NCBI GenBank assembly: GCA_025201805.1
Contig: MU619270.1
Location: 182,397 to 246,396, forward strand
Length of the DNA stretch: 64,000 nt
Origin: Parasitella parasitica NRRL 2501
Lineage: Eukaryota > Fungi > Mucoromycota
Direction: 5' to 3'
The notes beneath the pieces are model-generated. The model did no database searches, was not told the DNA's origin, and saw only the letters and a list, made by a program, of their open reading frames with translations. Shown here in pieces: positions 12,550 through 25,510 of the stretch. Each line of letters starts with the position of its first letter. Within the stretch, counting starts at the first letter, position 1. The position numbers were made by a program, and so were the translations under genes.

Positions 12550-15219
12550 TTATTGCAGCGGCTGATGAGGTACAAAAGGAGGTAATGTAGGCGGGGAAGG
12601 CACGATGAATGAATACATTTCATCGTCAACGACACTCAATGGTCTTCCACCACAGGCGTTACGAACATCAGGCTCCATAACACCGACCAAATTGCGTGTC
12701 ATTTCGAAATCATAAAGGTAAGCCTTGGACATTTTGGAAACATTGATAGATTGCTCCAAACATCTTCTAGCAAATTCTTGGTATTGGTCGTCGTTGTAAT
12801 TTAGTAGCTTGATATAAACCATGTTTGCAAACAAGAAGCCCAATAGCGGGATGTTGCACTCGTCATGATGCTTTACCATAATATCCAAGGTTTGGGTGAT
12901 AGCGTAGGCTGCATCAATGCAGATATAGAGACATTGGACCGAGAAGGGTGAGGTGGGTACGTGATCAGATGGGAAAAATGCTTGATATAGCAAAATCTTA
13001 TTGATATTGTAGTATACATGGACACTAAGGATACAAAATCTAGCAAATTCGTGAATGTCAACGTGGCTATACGGCTTTTCCTGCTGCTGTTCTCCAAAGC
13101 TATTGTAGCTATTACCGCAGCATGGCTCTGGCGTACCGGCTGCCATTTGATCAAGAGCAATGGATTCCAAATCAGGATTCTTCCATTCGACAGGTAGGGT
13201 GTCGTAAAACTCTTGAAGTCTATCTTGCATTGCCAGTAAATCCATGGACAGTGTAGTATCCTGCTTGCCAGCTGCCTGTGCCGATAGCAAACGACTCATC
13301 ACATCATGACGAAGCACCTGTAGCTGAATCATACAATACCACTCTGTATAGACATAGTAATTGATCATTTCTTGAGGTGGTTCTGCAAAGTCAATGTCCA
13401 TCAAATCAAGGACAGGCTTTGGCTGGGGAGGAGGCAAGGGACAGTTGGGGTGGAATTGACCAGACTCGGCAGACGTATTAGAGACACCTTGCAATACACG
13501 ATACCAAGTATTAAAATAATACAGACACCAAACAAGGATGCTTTCTCTTGTATCAAGCACACGGCCTTCATCGTAAAGTCCTAATTCTTGAGCCATTGTA
13601 AATGAAATCCACTCGTAGATGTATATGACACCAGGATAGCCATTTTGGTGGTTGCAGTAGGAGAGTAAAAAGGCAGCCTGGCAATTGTCAATAGTGGGGT
13701 CATCAAAGCACTCGGCTAATTGTTCACGTCCCTTGAGACAGTAGGCCATAGAAAGAGCTTTGCCCATATTGTAATTGGGCGTGTCCTGAGCAGGACGTTT
13801 GCTCCAAACATGCATTTGGAAGGCGTTGCGAGCAGCCATGGCGCAAACAGCATAAACGAGAACAGTGCAAGGCCTTTTTTCAGGGTCTGGGTCATGGTAG
13901 CGAGCTAGAAATTCAGTAGTATCGACAATGGGCAGACGTATAGCTGAGCAGCAAGGCGTTTTACAATATAATTCGACCAAACTGTCGGTTAGCTCGGGTG
14001 ATATGTTTACAGGGTAGTTGTCAGGCAGTACGTGAGTAGGATGAGCCCAAGAGTTCCAAACCCCAAAAGAAAAGCCTGAAGATGTGTGTATGGAGCTCGT
14101 ATCGTCTAATTCGGCAGACTGAGCCATCCTATGGCGCTCGTTGCCTAGCAAATCTGCAGCGCTCTTGTGGATGCCGTTTTGATCGTCATCGTCATCGCCA
14201 TCGCGAGAGGTGATGTGCATCGATTTCTTGAATTGGTCGACCAATTTAGACAGGTCGTTGTATGAATTGACGTTGCTTTCAACAGAGAGACCTTTGTTTG
14301 TAGTCGTAATTTTCCAAGCAAAGGGCTGCAGAGGCTTCTTTTTGAACGATTGATCCACTCGCTGGCCGAAATCTCGAGTCTTTTGAGCGAAGTCTTTAGC
14401 CATTTTATCAATTGAGTCTTGCCATTGATCCATGACTTTATTCATTGTATTCAGTACTTGGGAGACGTGGTTTGCTTTAGGCTCGGTTTTCATGTAAACA
14501 CATTCAAAATCGTTGCCGGCACACCTGCTGCAGCTGGGCAATGTGAGGTCGCACTGTTGCAGGTCTTTATAGCATTTGCTGCATGGATAAACGGAAAAAG
14601 AGCTGGTTGATGCGACTGGATTGCTGATATTGCTGTTTGAGCTGAGCATGTTATCGTCTTCCTCTTCTTGTCCCTCGGTGGCTGTTGCCATAATATAGTC
14701 TATACTACTGGACCCATCATTGGAGTGAATAGAGATGGAGGATCGGGCATCGCTATTGTACATTGGAGATGTCATATCTAAAGGCGCAACAGTTGATCTA
14801 GGCTGTGCTAATCTTTGCAGAGATATTCCTATTTTCGCTGTCGTGTTGGTTGGTAGTCCACCATTTTCACCCGTCTTTAATAGATCGCCAAACTTTTTGA
14901 TTCGATCGCTAAGTGTTTCTGTTGCTTTCTGTAGTTTTTTCAATGTAGGCGCTGCTTCAGGATATTGACAGGTGATTCCTCTTCTTTTGCAACGAGAACA
15001 GCCTGGCTTGGTTCTATCGCATGCATGCCTGTAATGTCGAGATAAATGTAAAAAGAAAAAAAAAAAAAGTTATTTTTACGTTTTTAACGATTAGAAACAA
15101 AACGCAAATTTCTAACATTTCTATTATTTTGGTATTTGCCTGAATCCTCTGCAACGGTAGCAGGCTGCCCCCAAATTGTTGTGATTTGCAGTGGTTGTTC
15201 TTTTTACAGCATCAGCCAT
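12550..15219 (-). CDS. Zn(II)2Cys6 transcription factor with two binuclear clusters plus fungal TF domain
   Basis: Exon 1 (15219-15140) and exon 2 (15028-12550) give CYRCRGFRHACDRTKPGCSRCKRRGITC. A second cluster, CSKCYKDLQQCDLTLPSCSRCAGNDFEC, follows; both are C-x2-C-x6-C-x6-C-x2-C-x6-C. MHR motifs LVELYC...LPIVD...FL...LVYAVCAMAA and AQELGL are present. Confidence 0.9.
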
Positions 15220-17386
15220 GATTGAATGTGTAGAAATGAATTGCCACCTTATAAAAAGGAATTATTTATATAAATATTAAAAGAAAAAAAAAAAAAAAGG
15301 GGGAAAAAGAAAAGAAATGGTGGGAAATACTGTGCAGGAGAGAGAAAGAGAAAGAGAAACGCAAATGCTGATAAACGCACAAATCTTTTTTTATATGCGA
15401 TAATTTGCCCGAGGTCTCACACTGCTGTTGCACGGTGTGGTGATATTTGAATTAAATTTCAAAATCCACTTGCGAACAATGCCTGGTATACTCTTGATGT
15501 ACGCCTACATGTGCATGGTATGATAGCTGAGTAATACGCAGCTTTAAAATAACAGCAAAAAGTAGGCTTAGTTGCTAGAAACCGCACTGTAAGCAGCTTC
15601 ACTCAAGACATAATTGCTTTTGTTCAGATGCTATTGAACCAAAGGAGTAGAATCACAGGGGAGATGTAAAGAAAAGATAGCAACAGTTTTATTTTGAGGC
15701 ATGTTGGCCAACTCCCCCCCCCCCAACGACGCTATTTTCGATTGATCTTGTCCAGTCATGTCATTCAGGTATAAAAGAAACTTTTTTATGTCAAATTTCA
15801 TCAGTACAGACCCTAATATCCTTAAGCACTACAAGCTGCTTTAGCCTCACATTATGTAGCTTCGCATTTTCTTTTTTTTCTTTTTCATTAGATGCATTTG
15901 ATATATATACATGCATCAATAACAGAAACGTTTTAAGCTTCTACGATGGACTGTTTGCGAGGAAATGATCTGCTTATGCTTCGAACTTGTCAACATTTCA
16001 AGCAATTTCGTGTGTTTTAAGTGGATCATACTATAGGTGAAGGCTATATTCTGTTTTAAAATCTGTGTTTGGCGTACGTCGAAAACGTTAATATGTTTAA
16101 GAAAAAAGCCCACCCCCCATGATTTTTAGCTAATTTCAATATCTTCAAGATCATCAATGTAATTCTCACCTAATGGACTATATTTGACGTTTTATATCTT
16201 TATTAAAACCTCATTCATAGCCTTATGTGGCTAATTTTTGTAAACATAAAGTCGTATATCACACATTCACCATCTATTCTGTCTGCTTCAAGATAGTTTC
16301 CTCATTCGATGCTATTTATGTTTAAATAGCTTTGAAAGTGTTGGCGGTTGCCATCTTCAAGATCCCTCAACTAGTTTGGCTTGCCACCAATTTGGGAACT
16401 CAGAACTCAATGTAGCCGCTTTAAAAGAGTAAACAATCAGATGGATGATACGAATATGAATCAGCAAAGCATTTTGATTCTTATTAAATTGAAGAGCGTG
16501 TAGCACGCTTTAAACAATCAGCAAATCCTGCTGTTTTTCACACCTTGCACCCAAAGATAATAAGTTATATTTAGCAAGGAAAAAGGTTTAACTTACTTGG
16601 CATTAAAATATTCTGTCAATGCTTCCACTGGATTGTGTTATTGTATGACAGGCTATCATTGAGCGATGCTTAGCTACAATGTGCAATCATACCATACATC
16701 TAGGATTAATATTGGAGCCTTTACACAAACAATACCTTATAAAAAATAAGCATTGCATAGCTTTAGAACAAGGACTATTGAAATGCATACAAATAAATGA
16801 AAGATTTTAGCATCCAATTGCAGTTTTATGCACAATGCACATAGTAGATCTACGTTGGATGATACACCACACCGCCTTTCAAGATATTCGTTTCAGACTT
16901 CTTCTTGGTTTAAGCTCTTTTCACCGCCTTACATGTAGGGAGTTGGCTCTAATTGGTAATTTAGTACCGTAAAAAAAGGAGGTGTTGAAATAACTATCTT
17001 TTAAGTCTTTCCAGAGCATAAACAAAGAATAATAAAAATAGCATACTAGCTCACAGAAAAAACAAGGTTTAGTAGTAATGCAGTGTAGTACGAGTAAAGC
17101 TGTAGGCTCTCGTGGCAGAATCCTTTGTCTGGTCACAATGATTGCAAAAAGATACCGCAAAAAGAAAGAGATACATCGTTTATAACTGTATTTTACAGAA
17201 CTGATTCTATCAAATTTTAAAGACGTATCTCTAATTTAAAATTACTGCTATTCGTTACAAGGTCTGATCCACGCACTCGTATTATATTAGCTTTGCATTT
17301 TTTCATGTTGTATAATGTGTCATGATAAAAAATATCCAGCGGCATCAAGCCGATTTTTATTTAATGTATGCAAATGGTATAGCAAT

Positions 17387-18112
17387 CTAGCAGAAAGTAA
17401 CTGTGTATTCATTGGATGCACAGATAAATACACTAGTAGCATCATCAAAAGCATAGCTATAGGCATCAGGACAAGTAGCCTTGACCTCCGAGGCGTAAGA
17501 ATTAGTGCTGCATACATTGGGATTATAGAAATCACCAGTGCAGCAGTATTCATCAGTGTTGAACTTGGTACAAGCACTCTTGCAACCAGAAACTTTACCC
17601 TCATCGTCATAAGTTTCGAAACCAGAAGGACAGCTAGGCAAAGTAGAGCAAATGGAAGTAGCACAAGAACGGCTATCTTTAACGGTAAGACCTTCCTTCA
17701 AGACAGGTGCCACAGTCATTGGCAAATTGAATCCAGCTACAAGAGAGATGTCATAGTAGACAGCACCAGTATCTAAAAAGTGGAATTCAGCGAGAGAGGC
17801 AGGGGAGCCCATACCAGACTTGAAGCAGTTTTCGCCACCGCAGTTAGTTCTGCCCCAAATACGTCCAGACCAATTGACAGGTAATGTGTAGGAGTGAGTT
17901 GAACCGGCAGAGACTTCAACAACATCACCAAAATAGTCAACATCAACGGAATTGCCAACTTTCAATGTAGCGCCACAATTATTAACAACATTGACAGTGG
18001 GCTGACCAAATTTTAAGAAAGAGACCGAAGTTGTAGCGTTACTGGTGGCAGGGGCGGCAGCAACCAGGCTAGCCATCAAAGCAAAAGACGTAATAACTGT
18101 GTTGAAGATCAT
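17387..18112 (-). CDS. Secreted thaumatin-like (PR-5) protein
   Basis: Signal peptide; motifs NNC, WSGRIWGRTNC, SLAEF, YYDISLV.GFNLPM, GCKSAC, EYCC, CPDAYSYAFDD and YTVTFC. Confidence 0.95.
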   Translation of the reverse strand: MIFNTVITSFALMASLVAAAPATSNATTSVSFLKFGQPTVNVVNNCGATLKVGNSVDVDYFGDVVEVSAGSTHSYTLPVNWSGRIWGRTNCGGENCFKSGMGSPASLAEFHFLDTGAVYYDISLVAGFNLPMTVAPVLKEGLTVKDSRSCATSICSTLPSCPSGFETYDDEGKVSGCKSACTKFNTDEYCCTGDFYNPNVCSTNSYASEVKATCPDAYSYAFDDATSVFICASNEYTVTFC

Positions 18113-20079
18113 GGTATGTGTGTCTAGTCTACTATTTTCTAAAGAGGAAGAGTTTAATGAATGACAATTCTTTGGCTCTTTTTATATAAGAGTTGATTTT
18201 GAAACAAAAATGTAGACTTATGATGAAGTGATCAGAGCACGGGTCCCATCATATTGAATGAATCAAGAACTTCGCCAATGTTGTGTCTAGATGAAATTTT
18301 TTAATAGGTTATATTTCAAACGAATTGAATTTGATGAACAAGGGCCCAGAAAATGACCGTCGGTGTGAGCTAAATGTATATCATTGTTATATTTAACTAT
18401 TTCGTACGATATGATAATAGTTGTAAGTATAGACTGAAAAGTAAGAGGGTAGAAATCAGAAAAAAGGTGCCTGAAAAAGTTCAAAAGGTAACTCTATGTC
18501 ACCCATAGAGGATGTTTCTAGTTCCTAGTTCTTTATAGTCGTTTTAATGGGTCAAATTTCGTATTTATTTCAACTAGATTGATATGAAACATAGTACACA
18601 TCTTTACTTGCAAACCTTTTTTTTTTTTAATTTTTGCTGCGTTGCATAGGTGTACAACTAATTCCAACAATATGTATTCTTCAAAATTTGACAGATGTTG
18701 TTCACCTGAGTCATATTCCTTGACATTAAAACGATCCAATCATAAAAACTGGATAAAAATAAATCGAAAAAGAACGTATTATTGGCTTACAATATCTAAT
18801 TGCTCATGTTTCAAGTTACTCGAGATGCAAGGCTATCTCTTTCAAAAATCGCAGCTGGAGGATCAATGAAGCATGTACTAAAATTTCTGTCCGACAAAAC
18901 ACCATTAACACTGGATGTATTTCTTCATTTGAACACGCTACTAGGCAAACACAACTAGATATATATCTAACGTCATTCTCCAAGACATTCACAACTTTTT
19001 GTATTGTTGAGAAGGCGCGGATACGGGATGTAAATTTACCTGTACTTTAAATAGTATCCGCTTATCCAACTTGTGATTCAATTCCAACGCGTCAAGTAGC
19101 CATTACTAAAATACCACTTATATGAAGAAGAAGAGAGGGACAACAGAAAAATAAACTTAAAGGGGATAAAAAGCTGATGTTTATTCAATGCTATATGGGT
19201 TTTGTTTATTTGTTAGCTGACAAGTGTAGCAAATAAAAAATACCCACTGTTTGCCTTTTTAGGTATTATTTAAACATATGTTGATCGCTGAAGAATGATA
19301 TGAAATTTCTACAAATATACATTCACTTAATTCCAGCCTATACATCTCGCAAGTTACAGGCTGTCAAGTCAATTTGTATAAATTATGAGCAAGTCTTTGA
19401 GCTTTCTAGACCCTCTTCTTTGTTATATAAATAGAATTGTTTCTATTTTCTGAAATTTATCAAATATTAACACTAAGGTGGCCCTATTTTCGGAAAAAAA
19501 AACGTTATCATTAATCAGCCCCAGGACCGTGCTCATCGGTTAAGAAGTGAATCCCTCGGCAAGCATTTGTTTGATGAAAAATATCATTCGGCAACACCAT
19601 AGTCTATATATAGTTAACCTTTTTTTTTTCTTTACATTGGAACGAGCTGTTTTACATCCCTCGAACTACTGTGAAAAAAATCGACCTTCGTTCTTATCGG
19701 GGGGGGGGGGGTGCACAGGTCATCTTTACAGGGAATTATGGTATTGTAGAAGACTTGGTTATTGAAAAACTTTTTGAAGGTGGTCTCGTCTATTTTGACT
19801 CTTGCGGTTACATGAATAACGAGCTTGAGAGTTACATTTTATAATATATACTTCATCTAGATGATTGGCACATCAATGCAGCAACACCGTTGATGGGTTT
19901 TCATTAGAAATATTGCGCATTTAAACAATCACATTAATTTTTTTTTTGTAATGGAGTCGCGCTCCGGTTTTTATTTGAAGTGCTTTAGAAGTCGTAATGA
20001 GTGATAGAAAAGACTGGATATCTAAAGGGGGGGGGACGAGAAAAGAAATAGTATAAGAAGAAATCGGCATACAGACGAT

Positions 20080-20385
20080 GTGTTACTGAGGTTGAGAGAA
20101 AAGGGGTTCGGTCGAAGATCTAGCGCCAATGTGTCTGCCAAATAGTGACAAGAATGACAGCAAAGAGTTGACGAAAAGATAAATCAGTTGGAGGGACTGA
20201 GGTATCACGATCTTGAGGAGGAGGAGAGCAAAGTAAGACTTGCTGCAAAGAGTGGAGAAAATTCGCATCCGAGAGGGTTGAAGAATGGATGTAGGTTTGA
20301 TACATCTCGCGCCATACCAGTAATTTAGGAGGACAAGAGAAGAGGAAATGCTTAATAGTCTCAGTGGAAGAGGCACAATCACATT
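20080..20385 (-). mobile_element. Degenerate non-LTR (L1-like) retrotransposon 3' fragment (zf-RVT region)
   Basis: The minus strand reads C.C...ETIKHFLFSCPPKLLVW...QLFAVILVTIWQTHWR*IFDRTPF. This matches the CCHC zinc finger and W..HW..IFD tail of fungal LINE ORF2; it contains a stop. Confidence 0.7.
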
Positions 20386-20863
20386 CATTGACAGGAACAT
20401 TATAATGAATAAATTAATAGTCTAAACCTCGGCAAATGTTTCATTTTACGACAGTTGTTGACACCTATAAACTTTTTGATTCTAAAAAATGAAGCTAGCC
20501 AGGAAATTTTTTTGGTTGATCTCTTTTACATGCACTATCAGAATTTATTATTAAATCTTGAAGGTTTCTTCATCTGTTAAATCTCACAAATACAATCTGG
20601 ACGTAGCTATTATCTCGAGTGAGGACACATGTCTTATTCGATTGAGACTTACCTAGAAACCGTATATTGCTATGATAAATATATATTTGAGATGCTCGTG
20701 TTTGATTACAGATCAACCTAATCCATCCAATCGAGCAGGTTTGTTTATTTTAGAATACTTTTAACAAGAAGGGTATACACGCATACAAATTTAATACGAA
20801 AAAATTAAAGTTTTTCGGAATCGTGGACAGGCATATACCAATATATGGATATTTACAATTCAA

Positions 20864-21321
20864 ATGCAATTGAATCTACACGCCACAGAAAACAAACAGA
20901 GTTTCGAAGATGGAAATAGACGTTACAAAATTTTAAGGATAAGTGAGATTATTTGCACGATATTCATTGCACTGCCATTCATCACCAGCAGTAACAATGA
21001 TATTGCACTCCACATTTATGCAGAACAGCCTCGCATAAAAGGAGTCGACTACAACAATGCTATGGTACTGGTAAATTTAGATTATTATCAATGGTTAGTG
21101 TATTGGTCTATATTGGTTATTTTGATTTTGCATTAAAATTAATTAAAATGTTGAGGAAACATCTCCACAATCAAAATAAAGAGGATGGTGGTAACAATGC
21201 CGCTATTCAGAGAGCTCCAATTATTCTATTTTATAAGATTGATGCAAAAATACTTGATATGCAGGTTCGCATGACTATAAGTATTGGAATCAGTTCCATG
21301 CTGTATTTTCTTGTTTGCTAG
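20864..21321 (+). pseudogene. Fragmented multi-pass membrane protein remnant
   Basis: Two overlapping short ORFs with hydrophobic segments (ICTIFIALPFIT; YQWLVYWSILVIL; ALKLIKMLRKHL; ISIGISSMLYFLV) in different frames. Family not established. Confidence 0.3.
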
Positions 21322-21965
21322 ATACTTTTATAAATTCTACATGCTTGTGAACGGCAAATCTCATAACAATTACACTACAACCTTTATATTATTAATTAAT
21401 TTAAAAAAGCCCATAGCACATTAGCTTTTACATTGACTATTATGGTCATGTCATTCAAGTTAGCTTTATTCATTGACTGCCTCATGCAGAGTACTCAATC
21501 TCTTAGTACATGTTCTCCAACCCAGACAAAACAGTTAAATCCAATGATACTGCTAGCACTATCAGATCTAACTCTAGTCCAGATGAATCTACTTTGATAT
21601 CAAGCTATGATTAAGCCCGAAAAGATTGTTGCAGTTTCGACCATCAATCATCTTAGAGCAAAATAATTTACATAACACAACACCCTCCGTATAGAGAGCA
21701 CCTCCTCATCACACACTCCTAAAATTGATTAGGTACTTATTCCATAATTTTAGGGCTTACCATCTGAATAAATATCTTTCATTTTATGTCTAACTTTTGC
21801 TAAAGTGATAGAACTTCCTACAAAAAAGTAATTGGATGTCATCTCTTACGGAGCTACCTTAGAATTCCAAATCAAGCTAAAAAACAGATTACCTAAATAT
21901 CTAACCATGAAACCGCGAAACATTTATAATCGATTAAGAACCAACTAAAAGAAATCGAACCACAA

Positions 21966-22377
21966 TGATCTGCCATAATTATAGACAGGAGATCATGGCA
22001 ATGTACTTCAATTAAAGATTGAAGATTGTCCAATGATGTGATGTGATACGCTTGTGTAAATGGAGAATAAAGTCTCTGTTTCAAATCAAGAAGGTTATTC
22101 CTGTAAGTAACACAGATCTGAGCACCAGGATAAGGGTTAAGGCACTGTCAGATCAAAGACGTGTAGCCCTTGTTGTATAATCTTATATCGTACCCTGTCA
22201 AGTAGATTGTCACTGTGAATTAGTCTTGTCAATTAGTAATCTAAATAAGTCACCAGAAATTTATGTAGTTGTTAAAAGTATAAATAGCAGATGAAATTTC
22301 GATCTTAAATAAAGTATCTTTTTAGCTTTCGTATCTCGTTAACCTTTGGTTTTCATTTTATCTTTTTTGATCCAACA
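21966..22377 (+). mobile_element. Solo LTR, family B (412 bp) with 5-bp TSD CACAA
   Basis: CACAA|TGATCTG...TCCAACA|CACAA, with internal TATAAAT and AATAAA. Homologous copies at 28957-29370 (-), 30099-30258 (+) and 22470-22613 (-). Confidence 0.9.
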
Positions 22378-22469
22378 CACAAACCACATTTGGAACGCAT
22401 AGACCAATGTAAGGAATGGTCCATGCATGTCATTTGCAAATGTGTCAGAAACATTGATATTAGAATACC

Positions 22470-22613
22470 TGTTGAGATCTGCAAGAAGATCGAAATAAAA
22501 AAAGTATAATATAAAACGTTGAATTAACGAGATACGAAAACTTGAGATTACTTTATTAAAGATTCAACTTTGCATCTGCTATTTATACTTTTTGCAACAA
22601 CATAAATTTTTGG
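22470..22613 (-). mobile_element. Partial diverged LTR, family B (runs into gap)
   Basis: ttaacgagatacgaaaacttga...tgcatctgctatttatactttt matches the reverse complement of the family-B 3' half. Confidence 0.75.
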
Positions 22614-23128
22614 NNNNNNNNNNNNNNNNNNNNNNNNNNNNNNNNNNNNNNNNNNNNNNNNNNNNNNNNNNNNNNNNNNNNNNNNNNNNNNNNNNNNNNN
22701 NNNNNNNNNNNNNNNNNNNNNNNNNNNNNNNNNNNNNNNNNNNNNNNNNNNNNNNNNNNNNNNNNNNNNNNNNNNNNNNNNNNNNNNNNNNNNNNNNNNN
22801 NNNNNNNNNNNNNNNNNNNNNNNNNNNNNNNNNNNNNNNNNNNNNNNNNNNNNNNNNNNNNNNNNNNNNNNNNNNNNNNNNNNNNNNNNNNNNNNNNNNN
22901 NNNNNNNNNNNNNNNNNNNNNNNNNNNNNNNNNNNNNNNNNNNNNNNNNNNNNNNNNNNNNNNNNNNNNNNNNNNNNNNNNNNNNNNNNNNNNNNNNNNN
23001 NNNNNNNNNNNNNNNNNNNNNNNNNNNNNNNNNNNNNNNNNNNNNNNNNNNNNNNNNNNNNNNNNNNNNNNNNNNNNNNNNNNNNNNNNNNNNNNNNNNN
23101 NNNNNNNNNNNNNNNNNNNNNNNNNNNN

Positions 23129-23771
23129 GGGCAATACCGTGAGATACGCACCATTCATGGTGTTATTTTTCCATCGTCCCAGACGACATATTTGGTCTTC
23201 ATGAACACCAGCCAGATCTGCCAGAATGGCAGAGGAGCTACCACGACCCGACATGCGTCTTGCTTTTTGAAAAAATATTGGCGCCACTGAGCCCTCTTGA
23301 AATCGCATCCTTATGGCTGGAATATTTCCAGGCAACAGTGAGTTGGTGCTCGTCTGACTTGAAGATCCTGGTAAAGTACCAGTCGGGTGAGGTTGTAAAG
23401 TTAGGAAACGGCTCATTTTCCATATGAAAACGCCAAAACATGTATAATCCAAGGGCCATTATTGGACAGACTTCTACTCTGTTACTTCTCATACATCCAC
23501 CAAGTTCAAGACAATTGTTTTTGTTTGTTTTTCCACGTCTTAAAATCATTACTAAAGCTGGACATTTAACATCTGGTCTCATGCTTTTATTTTCAAGTTT
23601 GACTGTTTGAAAATTGTTAATTCTGCCATGATGATCGACTGACTTCTCGACAAAAAGTAATGGGAAAAAAGAAAAGCAGCAAAGGCTTTTAGATTTGAAC
23701 CATGATCACGGTTTTGATCCATATAGCTAGAATTTGACAACGTTTGCAACTTGATTGATGGATGTTGCTAT
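23129..23771 (-). mobile_element. Crypton-type tyrosine recombinase fragment, copy 2 (frameshifted)
   Basis: Same sequence as 27654-28296 (GKTN, CPIMALGLY, KTHVG-R, LGRW, AYLT motifs). Confidence 0.85.
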
Positions 23772-24147
23772 TGCGATAAAAAAATATAATAAAAAAAGCA
23801 GCGGAAAGAATATACAATATTATAACTCTTCGATATTTATTCAAAGTTAAAAATGTAAGCCAAGATCCATCAAGTTGAAAGATCTTGGATGTATTTATAT
23901 AAAATATAATCTGTATATTTCATGTTACTAATGCAGTAACTGGAATGTCTCCAATTTAGGCTTCTTGGGAAAGCAGTAACGATTGTGGTTCATAAGGAGC
24001 ACAAAGGTGTACAATTGTCTTTATATGTTGAATGTTAATGGTGATATTTGTCATGTTCAATGTTGTTCTCAAGGACACGGTTCTTAATAAAGAAATGTCT
24101 TACTAATTCAAATAAGATGTGTGAAAGACTGCCAGTAGTTCACATCA
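23772..24147 (-). mobile_element. LTR, family A (376 bp), truncating the gypsy pol ORF
   Basis: TGATGTGAACTACTGGCAG...ATCGCA on the minus strand; homologous to the TSD-flanked solo LTR at 25146-25510. The flanks GAGAC/ATAGC do not match (no TSD). Confidence 0.85.
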
Positions 24148-25145
24148 GTCTCCTTTTCTGAGAACGAGAGAAATCCATATGGTTTCTTGTAAATTGGTTT
24201 GTGATTACCAGTATCGACATGAAATTTCAATAAATTGGTGGTTGACATATGTTCGTAGCCTGATCCGAAACAATCCTTGAACTCGTTGATCACATTTACC
24301 AAATGTTCCTTGTCCTCCCTGGTAATGTTGTCTTGCTTCATAATTCCCTCTACCAAACGGCCTAGTCGCTTCTCCGGGTCTTCGACAGGCCCAAACGGTG
24401 GCTTGCTTGTCTCATTTTCCTCATCAGAAGCTTCCATTATCAGATAGCCTTCCTCACTATCGTCTTGGTCCAGGTACTCTTCTTCTTCCGAGTACTCGGA
24501 GAGATCCTCGTCTTGTGGTTGCTCGTCCTCAGTATCAGGGCCTTCTCTATGCGGGTTCTTGACGTAATGTACCTCCAAGGGATGGAGAGCTTCATTAGAC
24601 TTGATATACAAATAATGGGTCGACCAGTCTGCTATATTAAGAGCATGAAGTCCTTCACGACCCACAATAAAGTCATACTTGTCCCCGACATCGAAGCTCA
24701 ATGCGCTAATGGATACTAGCTGAGAATTACCCACACGCAGTTGGAGGTTCTTCCTGGCTATCCCAATACATTCTCGCGACTTGCCGTCACCGAATATAAC
24801 CGAAGCACTAGTCTTTTCCACTTCTGTAATACCTAGTTCCCTGAGGAAATTTAAGCTGACGATATATGAGGTGCAACCACCATCCAGTATCAATTTACAT
24901 GGCTTCCCGTTTACGCTGCCAAATGCTCTGGGAGCACTCTTGCCTTTGGGTGGAGTAGTACCAGTTTCCCCGATGAGCACTTGAGTAGCATCGTCGAGTT
25001 TCTTTTTCTCCTTCGTTCTACGACCGGATTGCGGCTTGGTCAATGTCTGCTTGATCATTGTACGGGCTGCTGGAGATAAGGCAGCAACATCTCTGACTGA
25101 CATGGGTATAACCGTTTCGTTGACAATGTGGTGCACAATACGTTC

Positions 25146-25510
25146 TGATGTGAATTACTGGCAGTCTTTCACACATCATATTGAATTAGTAAAGCAGATC
25201 TTAGTTTTTGACTAAGATCCTGAGAATAAAGCATTAATAATAAGAATTATACCATTAATATTATACATTTAAAGACGATTGTACAGCTTGTACTCCACAT
25301 TAATCAAGCACTGCTTACTGCTTTCCCATGAAGCTTAATTTAATCAAGATCAAGTTATTACATTAGTAACTTGAATTCACTATATTTTACTTTACTATAA
25401 ATAAGATGAAGTTCAAGGAGCTAACCAGAACTTCACGTACATTTTAACTTTAATAAATTCAAGAAGAGTTATAATTGTATTTTTCTAAGCTTTTTTTAAT
25501 TTTTATAGCA
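25146..25510 (+). mobile_element. Solo LTR, family A (365 bp) with 5-bp TSD CGTTC
   Basis: CGTTC|TGATGTG...ATAGCA|CGTTC, with TATAAAT and AATAAA inside. Removing it with one TSD rejoins ...AMNNVER-IVHHIVNET... in frame. Confidence 0.95.

Larger units (their letters stand above)
23129..24147 (-). repeat. Left arm of 1019-bp near-perfect inverted duplication (partner 27278-28296)
   Basis: Reverse complement of 27278-28296 with no length difference; one mismatch noticed (24068/27357). Identical 114-aa ORFs in both arms. The outer end is lost in the N-gap. Confidence 0.95.
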
